The notes: generated by a model not told the origin, from the sequence alone. 64,000 nt of DNA from an uncultured Verrucomicrobiae bacterium (GCA_963707025.1 CAVPOM010000007.1:160001-224000); one strand, 5' to 3'; counted from the stretch's first letter, positions 39,716 to 50,121 are shown. Made by a program: numbers and translations.

Positions 39716-42142
39716 CTAATTGGCGCCGTGCGGGGCCAGGGCCTCGGTGATGGCCTGGTCAATGTCCGGGCCGCGCAGATCGCGCGCCACAATCTTGCCG
39801 TCCGGGCCGATGAGGAAGATGGCCGGGATTCCTTCCACGCCGTAGAGGTCCGGCACGGGGGATTTTTGCCATTCGCCCAGGAAGCCCTGGATCCAGCGCA
39901 GGCCGTTCTTTTTGGCAAAGTCAATGGGCTGGGCGGCCTTCTCATCCACGCTCAGGCTCATCATGGCGAAACGGGGGTCTTTGGCGTGCTTGTCATAGGC
40001 GGCCTTGAGATTGGGCACTTCCGCCACGCACGGGCCGCACCAGGTGGCCCAGAAATCCAGCAAGACGTATTTGCCGCGGAAGTCGGCCAGGCGCAAGGGA
40101 TGGCCGTCGGTGGTCATGGTTTCGAAGAGAGGGGCGGGGTCGCCGACGCGCAGGGCCAGGGCCTGCTGGAGGGCGATGAGGCCCAGATTGAGGCGGGGCT
40201 GATCGCCGGCGGCGATTTGGGCCGGGTCGTACGTAGTATTGACAGTGATGTTGGTGGACAAGGCGGCGAGCTTGCCGCCGCCCAGTTCCGGGGCTTCGCG
40301 CAATTGCACGCGGAGCTGGTATTTGCCGGGCGGGACATCCTCGAAGACGAAGGAGCCGTCGGCTTCGGCCGTGGCGGCGAAGGCGCGCTGGGCGCGCTGC
40401 CAGGCCCTGCCTTGGGCGGACTTCAAGAACTGGCCCATCCACTTTTGCCGGGCGGCCTCATCGTCAAAACTGGGCATCTCGGGATCCGGGACCGAAGCGG
40501 TCAATACGATGGTCTGGCCGGCCTGCCAATTGATTTTTTCGCGGTAACCGGGAACGGTCAGGCGCCCGGCCACCAGCGCGGGCGTGCCTTTTTCCAGTTG
40601 GATGTCCTCGCGGTGGTCGCCATCGCCGGGCGACATCAATTCCGTGCTGGCCGGCAGATAGCCGGGCTGGCGGAATTCCAGCACAAAGGAGGTGACTTTT
40701 GGGTCCACCTCCACCAGGTAATCGCCGGTGGGGCCGGACACTTCCTTTTCAGCGTGGGTCGTGCCCTGGTCGGTGGTGAGATAGACGGTGATGGAGAATT
40801 TCTCGATGGGCGCATGGGTGGCGGCATCGGTGACCCTGCCGTCCACGTCGGTTTTGCCGTTGGCTTTGCGCAGGGTGATGGTTTTTTCCGTGTCATCGGC
40901 CAGGAGGGCCGGCTCGGAGCGCAGATTGTAGCCCTCGGCGGTGATGAGATAGGGATGCTCGCCGGCCGGAGCCGAATCCCACCGAAACCGGCCCTGGCTG
41001 TCGGTGGTGGCACTCCAATCAAATTCAAGCGGATCCAAATTGACGCGGTCCAGTTGCACGCTGGCCCCGGCCACCGGCTGGCCGGTTTCATCCAGCACCC
41101 TGCCCTTGAAGATGTGGCCCGGACTCATGGCCACTTTCAGTTCGGGCATTTGATTGCTGATGGCCAGGGCGAGGGTTTGCGGCTCCAGCCCGCTGGCCTG
41201 GAGGGTGAGCACCAGGTCGCCGGGCAGAAGGTTGGGGATTTGGAACCGGCCGGCGCCGTCGCTTTGCAGGACGCCAGCCGGATTGCGCCACTCATGGTTG
41301 CGGGTGATGACCACCCCGGAGACCGGTTTCCCGGTGTTGTCAACAATAAGCCCCGACACCGTCACCCCATGGCCGATGACCAGGACGGCCGTGCCGGCCA
41401 GAAAATCGGCGGCGGGCAGGCGCGTGACTTCGTCCCCGCCCGCGGCGGAGCCTTCGCAGCCGAAGGTGGCGGGGAGAAAATCGGGCTGGACCACGCGCAA
41501 AACGAGGTTGGAAAAATCCTGGGGGAGATGATTGCACTGCCAGTGGCCATTTTCGTCGGTGCGCTCGTTATGGAAGTTGGGGGCGACGAGAGTCCGTTCG
41601 CGCTCGGCCGGGCTGGCGGGATTGACGCCGGAAAACCGGATGATGGCGCCCGCCACCGGCTGGCCGTCCGAGCTTTTGAGCACGCCGCCGATGCTGGCGG
41701 CTTTCTCCATCCGGGCGGTGTATTCGGCGGGAATGTCCTGGAACTTGTCCTGCCGGGAGGTGGCCCAGGTGATGGTTTTGGCCACAAAACCGTCCTTGGT
41801 GATGGTGATGAGATAGCTGAAATCGTTGGTCGGCGGCTTGGGCATGGCAAAGGAACAACTGCCCGTGCCGTCGGTCACCAGACTGCCTCTGACCCAGGCG
41901 ACGCGGATTTTGACCCCCGGCAGGGGCGCCGCCGTCACGGAATCGAGCACGCGAAAGCGCATGGAGGCGCTGTTGGTTTCGGCGGGGGCAGCGGGGGCGG
42001 CGGGCGTGGCCGGGGCAATCGCGGAGTCTGGCGGGGTCTGGGCCGGGGTCTGGGCCGTGGCGCCGTGGCGCGCCGCCCCGAGAAAGGCCAGGGCCAGGAT
42101 GGCCGCGCGGGCGGAATGGCTCAGGATTTGTTTGGTATGCAT
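39716..42142 (-). CDS. Secreted multi-domain protein: carboxypeptidase-regulatory-like repeats + TlpA/thioredoxin domain
   Basis: Repeated GxVxDxxGxPVxGA motifs; LLDFWATWCGPC; YGVEGIPAIFLIGPDG. Confidence 0.85.
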   Translation of the reverse strand: MHTKQILSHSARAAILALAFLGAARHGATAQTPAQTPPDSAIAPATPAAPAAPAETNSASMRFRVLDSVTAAPLPGVKIRVAWVRGSLVTDGTGSCSFAMPKPPTNDFSYLITITKDGFVAKTITWATSRQDKFQDIPAEYTARMEKAASIGGVLKSSDGQPVAGAIIRFSGVNPASPAERERTLVAPNFHNERTDENGHWQCNHLPQDFSNLVLRVVQPDFLPATFGCEGSAAGGDEVTRLPAADFLAGTAVLVIGHGVTVSGLIVDNTGKPVSGVVITRNHEWRNPAGVLQSDGAGRFQIPNLLPGDLVLTLQASGLEPQTLALAISNQMPELKVAMSPGHIFKGRVLDETGQPVAGASVQLDRVNLDPLEFDWSATTDSQGRFRWDSAPAGEHPYLITAEGYNLRSEPALLADDTEKTITLRKANGKTDVDGRVTDAATHAPIEKFSITVYLTTDQGTTHAEKEVSGPTGDYLVEVDPKVTSFVLEFRQPGYLPASTELMSPGDGDHREDIQLEKGTPALVAGRLTVPGYREKINWQAGQTIVLTASVPDPEMPSFDDEAARQKWMGQFLKSAQGRAWQRAQRAFAATAEADGSFVFEDVPPGKYQLRVQLREAPELGGGKLAALSTNITVNTTYDPAQIAAGDQPRLNLGLIALQQALALRVGDPAPLFETMTTDGHPLRLADFRGKYVLLDFWATWCGPCVAEVPNLKAAYDKHAKDPRFAMMSLSVDEKAAQPIDFAKKNGLRWIQGFLGEWQKSPVPDLYGVEGIPAIFLIGPDGKIVARDLRGPDIDQAITEALAPHGAN

Positions 42143-42436
42143 AGGCGACGCAAGCCTGCTGGTTAATATGCCCGTTTGCCGGAGACTTGCAACCCGGAAA
42201 GGAGCCGGAAATGAGCGGGGAAATTGCCGTGCCGGATTTCCTGACGCGGGCGCAGAGGGGGGGAATTAAAATGCCTTCTTCTGCCTGTGCTTTGCGTGAG
42301 ATGGTTTTTCATGCGGATGGCGGATGGCGGGCGGGACCAGCGGCGCGGGAAAGTTCTGGTGGTTGGCCCACGCCCGCCCGGAACGGACAGGACGAGGTGG
42401 CTGCTCATGGTCAGGGTTGGTCATGGTAAAAATATG

Positions 42437-44394
42437 GTAGAGTAGGCGAAGTGGAAGGAGGCGGATTGAACTGACCGCAGTTGTCAGTCTCGCGCTGCCA
42501 CTTCGCCCCTCATCGAACCGAACGGACGGATTTCCCATATTCGGCTCTCCGAACTCATTCATCGGGCCGCCTTCCACTTCGCCGTGGTCGGCAGTTCATA
42601 GAGTCCATAACGCTGGTGCAACTGCTCGGGAACGTAGTGTTCCCACAGGCTGCGGCGGCAACCGTGTTTGCGCCACAGCCAGCGCCGAAAGCGGTTTTGG
42701 CTGTAGTGTTTCATCCGGTTCATCACCGAGACGCTGTTGCCGTAGTGGAAGTAGCCCGCCCATCCGCGCAAGACTTGGTTGACCTCTTTGACCACCTCCT
42801 GTATCGGACGCCCCTGCGTCCAGTGGTTGAGGATGCCGCCCAGTTTCTCGCGCAGGGCCCCCCGGCTTTTCTGGCTGGGTTGAACGTGCAGGTAGCCGCG
42901 CCCTCCAAAGGACTTGCGCCAGGTCAGGTTGAAGCCCAGGAAGTTGATCCCTTCCTTGCGAATGTTCACAATTCGGGTTTTGACTTCGTTGAGGGTCAGC
43001 CCTTTGGCTCGAAGCCATTTCTTGAGCCGCGCTATCAGCCCTCCGCCGCACCCCGCCGCGCACGCGATGACAAAGTCATCGGCGTAGCGCACCATGCGGG
43101 CTTGGCCGGAGGTTTTCTCGTTCACCCCGTGATCCAGCGGGTTGAGGTAGAGGTTGGCCAGCAGCGGCGAGATGACCCCGCCTTGCGGCGTGCCGCGCCG
43201 GTTGGGGATCACTCGCTTGGTGCCGTCCTGGTCTTCCTCCGCGACCGGGGCGCGCAGCCAGCTCTTGAGGAGCCGCAGCACGCTGCCGTCGCTGACCCGC
43301 CGGGCCACGGCCTTCATCAGTTCCCGGTGCGGAATCGTGTCGAAATATTTCGTCAGGTCCGCGTTGATGATTTCCACGTAGCCTTGCTGCACTGCTTGTT
43401 GGATTTCCGCAATGGCTTGGTGTGCCCGGCGTTTGGGCCGAAAGCCGTAGGAGCGCGGATGAAAGTCCGCCTCCAAGATCGGCATCAGCACCAGATACAC
43501 CGCCGTTTGCACCACCCGGTCCTTGACCGTCGGGATGCCCAACGGCCGTTCCCCTCCGCTGCTCTTGGGAATCATCACCCGCCGCACCGGGCTGGCCCGA
43601 TACGTCTTGGCTTTGAGTTCTGCTTGCAGGCGGTCGAGCCATTGCTGGCGCAGGGCCGGGTCGGCGGTGATGGACTCCATACTCTGTCCGTCCACTCCCG
43701 CGGCCCCGCCGTTGCGCTGTTGCGCTGCCAAGGCGGTTTCGAGCACGTCCTTGCGCAGCAATTCCCCATACAGGCTCCAGAACCGATACTTCGGCTCTGC
43801 TTTGGCTTTCCGATAGAGCGCGATTTGAAGCTGCCGAACTTTCTCCGGGGTTGCTATCCGGGTCGCCCCGGCCATCCCCGCATCCTTCGCTTCGCCTCCA
43901 CGCATTGAGCAAGTGTTCCCCCTTTGCGTTCGCTCGCGCAACTCCCGGCGGAAATCCGCCTGGAGCGCAAACAAGTCCACGCTACTATGAGGAACTCCGA
44001 CTTCTCCGGCAGGGCCGCTCGCCTGACTGGTCTTGCCAGCTTGCGCGGGCGGTTGGGCTGGCCGCCCGCCGCCGGAGTTCTCCCAGCTTACCTTGGTTGA
44101 ACTTCCAGACGTGCCGTCCACGCCGACCCCGCCGGAGCGTTGAGAAGGCTCTGACTGTTGCCCTGCCTCCTCCCTGCGGCCTTCGCCGGTCAAACAGCGG
44201 CTCGGCTTGTCTCCGGTTCTAAACTTATCGAGGCTCATTGGATGTGGTTCATTTTCATTACGGCCCGTCTGTTCATCTCCCTCAGCTTCCAACCCCGCCT
44301 CGCGGCGGCGCTGTTGAGGTCGTGTTCCGTCGTGAACAGCCTAATTCGACGGGCGGGACTTTCACCCGCGTTCCAACCAACTTCACTGGCGCAA
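42437..44394 (-). mobile_element. Group II intron (about 1.96 kb), complete
   Basis: 5' TTGCG; domain V GAGAGCCGAATATGGGAAATCCGTCCGTTCGGTTCGATGAGGGG; domain VI ending CTACTCTAC; EBS1-like loop at about 44189-44196 complementary to the 5' exon; ends uncertain by 1 nt. Confidence 0.9.
42559..43875 (-). CDS. ltrA: Group II intron reverse transcriptase/maturase, no endonuclease domain
   Basis: RPLGIPTVKDRVVQ, SYGFRP, ADLTKYFDTI, GTPQGGVISPLLANLYL, RYADD, FLGF, domain X LRGWAGYF; probable start ATG 43875. Confidence 0.93.
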   Translation of the reverse strand: MAGATRIATPEKVRQLQIALYRKAKAEPKYRFWSLYGELLRKDVLETALAAQQRNGGAAGVDGQSMESITADPALRQQWLDRLQAELKAKTYRASPVRRVMIPKSSGGERPLGIPTVKDRVVQTAVYLVLMPILEADFHPRSYGFRPKRRAHQAIAEIQQAVQQGYVEIINADLTKYFDTIPHRELMKAVARRVSDGSVLRLLKSWLRAPVAEEDQDGTKRVIPNRRGTPQGGVISPLLANLYLNPLDHGVNEKTSGQARMVRYADDFVIACAAGCGGGLIARLKKWLRAKGLTLNEVKTRIVNIRKEGINFLGFNLTWRKSFGGRGYLHVQPSQKSRGALREKLGGILNHWTQGRPIQEVVKEVNQVLRGWAGYFHYGNSVSVMNRMKHYSQNRFRRWLWRKHGCRRSLWEHYVPEQLHQRYGLYELPTTAKWKAAR

Positions 44395-44673
44395 CGTTTG
44401 ACCCGGTTTGACCGCCACGGGTTCGATCACATCCCAATGGCTCAGCAACACCTTGCAGGTGAGGGTCTTCCACATTTTTATCCCTCACTTGGCTGGATAG
44501 GCTTGAGTTTGACCAGGTTTGACCGGCGGGAGATGAAGGCAGAATACGAAATGGGAGAAATCCGCGAATTTCGGGGACTTTCCGCGCACCCGGAACCGTG
44601 CCTTGCACCTTCGCCAAGCCCATGGCGGAGGAGTCGGAGGCCGGGACAGAGGACGGGAACCGTTCCCGCTCCG

Positions 44674-44702
44674 AAAGCGGGAGCAAGCTCCCGCACTCCA
44701 TA
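44674..44702. repeat. REP-like palindrome (GGAGTGCGGGAGCTTGCTCCCGCTTT on -)
   Basis: gcgggagc-aa-gctcccgc hairpin followed by actcc. Confidence 0.6.
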
Positions 44703-45051
44703 TGGACCACCCTCATAACTCAGGAAAGATTAGCATTTAATTCAAGGTCGTCAACAGAAAAATGCGGATTTTTGCAAGGCCCTCATCATGAGACACTTGG
44801 GCAGAATCATCAAAACACGGAATTACCAATATCAAATACTCGATGGAAAATTCTGGATTTCCGGCCGGGAGTACTACCTAGTGGGTTCTCAGAATTGAAA
44901 ATTGGTTATTGAAAATTGGTCATTGGTAATCTTAAAGCAGGTACTGGGCTGGCAGGAGTTACCCAAAAAAGTGAAATGCCCCCGGAAGCAGCGGTGGGAG
45001 CGGTTCGGGTTTGCCAGTTTTGGGGTTTCGGTGTTCAGTAGTCGGAATGCT

Positions 45052-46359
45052 ATGGCTGTAATCAAACCATTCGCCGCGTTGCGGCCGCAACCGGAGTTGG
45101 CGGACAAAATCTGCGAGTTGCCTTACGATGTCATGTCCTCGGAAGAGGCCCGGGCGATGGCGGCGGGAAATCCGCTCAGCTTTCTGCATGTGAGCAAGCC
45201 GGAAATAGATCTGGGCCCCGATGTGGATGTTCACGACGCGCAAGTGTATGCCAGGGGCCGGGAAAATTTTGACCGGCTCATCGGGCAGGGCGCGCTCCGG
45301 CAGGAGGCCCGGCCCTGCTTCTATCTTTACCGGCAGATCATGGGCCAGCACGCGCAGACGGGCCTGGTCGCCGCCGCCAGTTGCGAAGATTATTTGCGCG
45401 GGGTGATCAAAAAGCACGAGCTGACGCGCCCGGACAAGGAGGAGGACCGGGTCCGGCACATCGAAGCGCTGAGCGCGCAAACCGGCCCGGTTTTCCTGGT
45501 TTATCGCGCGGTGAAGGCCATGGACGAACTGGTGGCGCAGCAGATCACCGAACCGCCGGACATCGATTTCACGGCGCGCGACGGCATCCGGCATACGTCG
45601 TGGACGTTGCGCGAAGGGGCACAGATTGGCTTGGCGCGCCAGACGTTCAGGAACATTCCGTTTCTTTACATCGCCGACGGCCATCATCGCAGCGCGGCGG
45701 CGGCGCGGGTGTGCCAGGCGCGGCGGGGCACGGGGGAGAGCGGTTTTTTTCTGAGCGTGATTTTTCCGGACAATCAACTGCGCATTCTGCCTTACAATCG
45801 CGTCTTGAAAGATTTAAACGGCCTGAGCGCGACGGAGTTGCTGAAGAAACTGGAGGCGGTTTTTGTGGTGTCGCCAGCCCGGCGTCCAGCCAACAGCCGC
45901 GCCACAGCTTTGTTCCCGGAGAACCGCAGCCAGGCGGGCTTTCACCCGGCCTCGGTGGATTTGAAAGGAGGCCCCCCCGGCGTGCCTGCCGGCAAACATC
46001 AGTTGGCGTTGTTCCTGGAAGGCTACTGGCACGGGTTGAGCTTTCGACCGGAGATTTGCGCGGTGGAGGACCCGGCGGAAGGGCTGGATGTGACGTTGCT
46101 GCAAAAGCATGTGCTGGCTCCGATCTTCGGGATTGATGACCCCCGGACGAGCCAGCGGATTAATTTTGTCGGCGGCATCCGGGGGACGGACGAGCTGGAG
46201 AAGCTGGTTGGAAAACAGGAATACGCGTGCGCTTTTTCCCTGTTCCCGACCGGCGTGGAGGATTTGATGAGGATCGCGGACGCGGGGGGCCTCATGCCGC
46301 CGAAAAGCACCTGGTTCGAACCGAAATTGCGCGACGCCATGTTCTGCCACTTGATTTGA
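45052..46359 (+). CDS. DUF1015-family protein
   Basis: LPYDV, SFLHV, IKKHELTRPDKEEDR, YIADGHHR, MPPKSTWFEPKLR. Confidence 0.9.
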   Translation: MAVIKPFAALRPQPELADKICELPYDVMSSEEARAMAAGNPLSFLHVSKPEIDLGPDVDVHDAQVYARGRENFDRLIGQGALRQEARPCFYLYRQIMGQHAQTGLVAAASCEDYLRGVIKKHELTRPDKEEDRVRHIEALSAQTGPVFLVYRAVKAMDELVAQQITEPPDIDFTARDGIRHTSWTLREGAQIGLARQTFRNIPFLYIADGHHRSAAAARVCQARRGTGESGFFLSVIFPDNQLRILPYNRVLKDLNGLSATELLKKLEAVFVVSPARRPANSRATALFPENRSQAGFHPASVDLKGGPPGVPAGKHQLALFLEGYWHGLSFRPEICAVEDPAEGLDVTLLQKHVLAPIFGIDDPRTSQRINFVGGIRGTDELEKLVGKQEYACAFSLFPTGVEDLMRIADAGGLMPPKSTWFEPKLRDAMFCHLI

Positions 46360-46369
46360 AATTGTGCCG

Positions 46370-47260
46370 ATGAACCGCACAGAACGCAGTCTGCGCGCCA
46401 CTTTTCTGGGGATCGGCGTCAATATCCTGCTGGTGGCAGGGAAGCTGGCGGGCGGGGTTTTTGGACATTCGCACGCCCTGATTGCCGACGCCATGGAATC
46501 GCTGGCCGACATCTTCAGTTCCCTGATCGTGTGGCGGGCGGTGGTGCTGGCGGCGCAACCGCCCGACCGGGAGCATCCTTACGGCCACGGCAAGGCGGAG
46601 GCCATCGCCGCCGCCGTGGTGTCCACGATTTTGGTGCTGGCCGCCCTGGGCATCGCCGTGAACGCGGGTCGGCAACTTTTCGAGCCGCGCGAACCGCCCC
46701 GGGCCTTCACACTTTATATTTTAATTGGGGTCGTGCTGGTGAAAGAGCTGGTCTTTCGCTACGCCGGGCGCCAGGCGGAGCTGGCGGAGAGCGGGGCGGT
46801 GAAGGCCGACGCCTGGCATCATCGCTCCGATGCCATCACGTCGCTGGCCGCGGCCATCGGCATCAGCGTGTGCCTGCTGGGCGGACCGCGCTGGGTGTAT
46901 GCGGATGACGCGGCGGCGCTGTTTGCGGCGGGGATCATCGGATGGAATGGCTGGCTGCTGTTGCGCCCGGCCCTGGATGAATTGATGGACGCGGCGCCCA
47001 GCGCCGGCCTGCTGGCCCAAATCCGCGCCACGGCCGCCGGGGTTGACGGCGTGCAGGCGGTGGAGAAATGCCAGGCGCGCAAGACGGGCTTTGAATACCT
47101 GGTGGACATGCACATTGAAGTGGACCCGCAGATCACGGTGCAGCAGGGGCACGAGATTGCCCATCAGGTCAAGGGCCGGGTGCGCCAGGCCGTGCCTTCG
47201 GTCAACGACGTGCTGGTGCATGTGGAGCCAGGAAAGGGGGGAAGGCATGATAAATTATGA
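46370..47260 (+). CDS. Cation diffusion facilitator (FieF-like) transporter
   Basis: ALIADAMESLAD, HPYGHGKAE, ADAWHHRSD, VHVEP. Confidence 0.9.
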   Translation: MNRTERSLRATFLGIGVNILLVAGKLAGGVFGHSHALIADAMESLADIFSSLIVWRAVVLAAQPPDREHPYGHGKAEAIAAAVVSTILVLAALGIAVNAGRQLFEPREPPRAFTLYILIGVVLVKELVFRYAGRQAELAESGAVKADAWHHRSDAITSLAAAIGISVCLLGGPRWVYADDAAALFAAGIIGWNGWLLLRPALDELMDAAPSAGLLAQIRATAAGVDGVQAVEKCQARKTGFEYLVDMHIEVDPQITVQQGHEIAHQVKGRVRQAVPSVNDVLVHVEPGKGGRHDKL

Positions 47261-47332
47261 ATGATTAATGAAGAAGGACGGAACGGACGATTGACCAGGA
47301 GGCGCGCTCCGTCGCGCGACTGCCGGCCTCAA

Positions 47333-47437
47333 GCGCATCTTACTGTTTGGACAGTTCCCAGTTAGGGACGCCGTCCCGATTCGGAATCGGGATCAAGGCC
47401 GGCACCGCGCCGCGACCCTGCCAAAAACTGGGATGCG
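47333..47437. repeat. About 105-bp MITE/REP-like element, copy 1
   Basis: Highly similar to 53372-53479; internal hairpin tcccgatt-cgg-aatcggga. Confidence 0.8.
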
Positions 47438-47498
47438 ACTGGCGGCCTCTCATTTCTCACTTTGCATTTCCGGGTCTTCTTTGATTGAATGGCGCTGC

Positions 47499-48726
47499 AT
47501 GAAAATTATTCTGGCTTATTCCGGCGGACTCGATACTTCGGTATTGTTGTCCTGGATCAGGGAAAAATATGACGCGGAGATGATCGCCTTCTGCGCCAAC
47601 ATCGGGCAGGAGGAGGAATTGCGCGGGCTGGAGAGGAAGGCGAAAAGAAGCGGGGCGCGCAAGGTTTACATTGACGATTTGCGGGAGGAGTTCGCGCGCG
47701 ATTTCATCTATCCGCTGATTCAGGCGGGCGCGGTCTATGAGGGGCAGGTACTTTCTGGGCACGAGCATCGCGCGGCCACTCATCGCCAAGCGCATGGTCG
47801 AGATTGCGCGGAGGGAAAAAGCCGATGCCATCGCCCACGGCGCGACAGGAAAAGGAAACGACCAGGTGCGTTTTGAACTGACCGCCGCCGCGCTGGCGCC
47901 GGAGTTGCCGGTGATCGCCCCGTGGCGCGACGAGCGTTATCGCAACGAGTTTCCCGGCCGCGCGGAAATGATCGCCTATTGCGAAAGCAAAAAGATCCCC
48001 GTGCAGGCCAGCGCGAGAAAACCCTTCTCCAGTGACCGCAATCTGATGCACATCTCCTACGAGGCGGGGATTCTGGAGGACCCGTGGTTCGACGCGAGCG
48101 AGTTGAAAAACCGGGATTATTTCACCACGCTGTCCGTTTTTCCCGAGGACGCGCCGGACAAGCCGGAATACGCCATGCTCGAATTCGCGCGGGGAAATTG
48201 CGTGGCGGTGAACGGGCGGAAGCTCTCGCCGCTGGGCGTGATGCAGGCGCTCAACAAACTGGGCGGCAAACACGGCGTCGGGCGGGTGGACCTGGTGGAG
48301 AACCGTTACGTCGGCATGAAATCGCGCGGCGTGTATGAGACGCCGGGCGGGGCCATCCTCCATTTCGCGCACCGCCAGATGGAGACGCTGACCCTGGACC
48401 GCGAGGTGATGCACCTGCGCGACACGCTCATCCCGCGCTACGCGGAGATGGTGTATTACGGCTACTGGTTCGCGCCGGAACGGCTGGCCTTGCAGGCGCT
48501 GGTGACGGAGAGCCAGCGCAACGTGAGCGGGACGGTGCGGGTGAAACTTTACAAAGGGAACATCATGGTGGCGGGGCGCAAATCGGCGGTGAGCTTGTAC
48601 AATCCGCAGCTCGCCACCATGGAAGCGGACCCGACCAAGGCCTACAACCAGGACGACGCGACCGGCTTCATCCGGCTCAACGCGCTGCGGCTGAAAGTGG
48701 CGGCGAAAGTGCAGAGGAAGAGGTGA
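47499..48726 (+). CDS. argG: Argininosuccinate synthase; 1-nt frameshift in the G-run at about 47742
   Basis: [10 protein letters not shown]; after removing one [49 protein letters not shown]. Confidence 0.95.
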
Positions 48727-48794
48727 ATCCTTTTCAAAGCCGGGTGTTTCGGGCAAGTTATGAATATCTCCTGGCAAAATAAATCTGTAAAATT

Positions 48795-48995
48795 ATGGGG
48801 CGCGTCCGACGAGGCGGATATATAATTACTTGGTGGATTGGTGACCATGCGCCGCGCCATGTTCATGTCCGCAACGCAAAAGGCAAGCCGCTTGGCCGTG
48901 TGAATCTGGAGACCTTGCAAGGCTTGGAAAACTGGACACCGCCAAAAGAATTGGTCAATGTTATTGTGGCGTTGAAACGCAAAGGCCGTTTATGA
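48795..48995 (+). CDS. DUF4160-family small protein (putative toxin)
   Basis: GDHAPRHVHV motif; ATGA overlap with the next gene. Confidence 0.75.
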   Translation: MGRVRRGGYIITWWIGDHAPRHVHVRNAKGKPLGRVNLETLQGLENWTPPKELVNVIVALKRKGRL

Positions 48996-49294
48996 CACCA
49001 ACTTTGTCACGACTGAAGAAACCATTTGGCACAGCCAAAATGGTTGATCTCACCGCCGTCCGTTATCTGGCTTGGGAAGATGCCTTCGAGGTGGATTTTG
49101 AAGATGGACTGACCTTTCTCGAACCGCACTCCACTGTCCGCAAGGCCAATCGTATTTCTCCAAAGGCCGGGATCGAGCGCGTGGAATTGGACGGGGAATG
49201 CCACGAAGGTTTTTTTGTGCATTACGACAACGGTCAGACTGCGGAAGTCTCGTGGTCCTTCATCCGCGAACTGCCGCCCAAAAATGCAAGATAG
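48992..49294 (+). CDS. DUF2442-like partner (putative antitoxin)
   Basis: AVRYL...FEVDFEDG pattern; coupled to the DUF4160 gene. Confidence 0.55.
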   Translation: MTPTLSRLKKPFGTAKMVDLTAVRYLAWEDAFEVDFEDGLTFLEPHSTVRKANRISPKAGIERVELDGECHEGFFVHYDNGQTAEVSWSFIRELPPKNAR

Positions 49295-49299
49295 CCAAG

Positions 49300-49391
49300 G
49301 CCACGATGGAAGCGGACCCGGCCAAGGCCTGCAACCAGGACGACGCGACGGGCTTGCTCCGGCTCAACACGCTACGGCTGAAAGTGGCGGC
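49300..49391 (+). repeat. Degenerate duplicate of the argG 3' end (48613-48704)
   Basis: 84/92 nt identical by manual alignment. Confidence 0.92.
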
Positions 49392-49452
49392 CATCGTGCA
49401 TGGAGAGGGACAGACAGGAGGGAGGAATGGTCCCGATGGGACCGATGATTCC

Positions 49453-50121
49453 TCAACTTTCGCCGGCGGCGGGGGCGGCGGGATGGAGGCGCTGCCAGCG
49501 GGCGACATAGAGGAAGAACACGGACGGACCGAAGGAGAAGAGCATGACGGAGATGCCCATGGTCAGACCGATGAAGGTGAAGCATCCGGCGCAGCACTCG
49601 TTCCGGTGACGGGCCACAATGTGCGTTGGCACGGCGATGAGCAGTTCGAGAATGCTGCCTTTGAGGAGGGTCTTGCTTTGCCTGGAAATAAAGTCCTCCG
49701 GGTTTTCTTGCCGGCCCCAGCGCAAGAAAATCAGCGACCAAAGGCACCAGGTCAAGGCCATCACGGCCAGCACACACCAGATGTCCCAATCGGGCCAGGC
49801 AATCGCACCGTTGGCAAACTCATAGAGGGCGCAGACCGCGCCCGCGAGAAGGCCACCCATCATCAGGCCGGAGACCAGAACGGTGGGCAGGAGAGAGCCG
49901 CGCGTCACCGGACGGCGGCTGGCGAAACGCACCGGCACGGCCAGCAGCGCCGCTTGTGCCAGCATCATGATCAGGAGCCATGTCCAGTAAGGCCAGTCTG
50001 CATACAATCCGGCGATGTCTTTGATGCTTTGATCGCGGAAAGCCAGGGCGCAGACAGGCACGGTCAAGGCGGCAAGGATCAGACAATACAATGCGGCGAC
50101 AAGGATGGCCCAGCGTTTCAT
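49453..50121 (-). CDS. Hypothetical multi-pass membrane protein
   Basis: About 6 hydrophobic helices; GSILELLIAVPTHIVARHRNECCA. Confidence 0.7.
   Translation of the reverse strand: MKRWAILVAALYCLILAALTVPVCALAFRDQSIKDIAGLYADWPYWTWLLIMMLAQAALLAVPVRFASRRPVTRGSLLPTVLVSGLMMGGLLAGAVCALYEFANGAIAWPDWDIWCVLAVMALTWCLWSLIFLRWGRQENPEDFISRQSKTLLKGSILELLIAVPTHIVARHRNECCAGCFTFIGLTMGISVMLFSFGPSVFFLYVARWQRLHPAAPAAGES

Noticed and set aside
39728..42166. Long antisense ORFs (also 6855-8585, 27086-28594, 54204-56174, 61918-63930)
   Set aside because: Mirror frames of real genes, expected from GC-rich codon bias; no recognisable motifs.
42559..44292. RT as a retron, DGR or defence RT with a long N-terminal extension
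   Set aside because: Domains V/VI, domain X and the EBS1-IBS1 match identify a group II intron; the extension is intron RNA read in frame. No template/variable repeat pair was seen, so the Avd-related gene at 26804 does not make a DGR.
42266..44475. Host gene restored by intron splicing (MWKTLTCK…VKPGQT|HIFTMTN…)
   Set aside because: The exons join in frame, but the peptide is short with no recognisable motif; not supportable as a gene.
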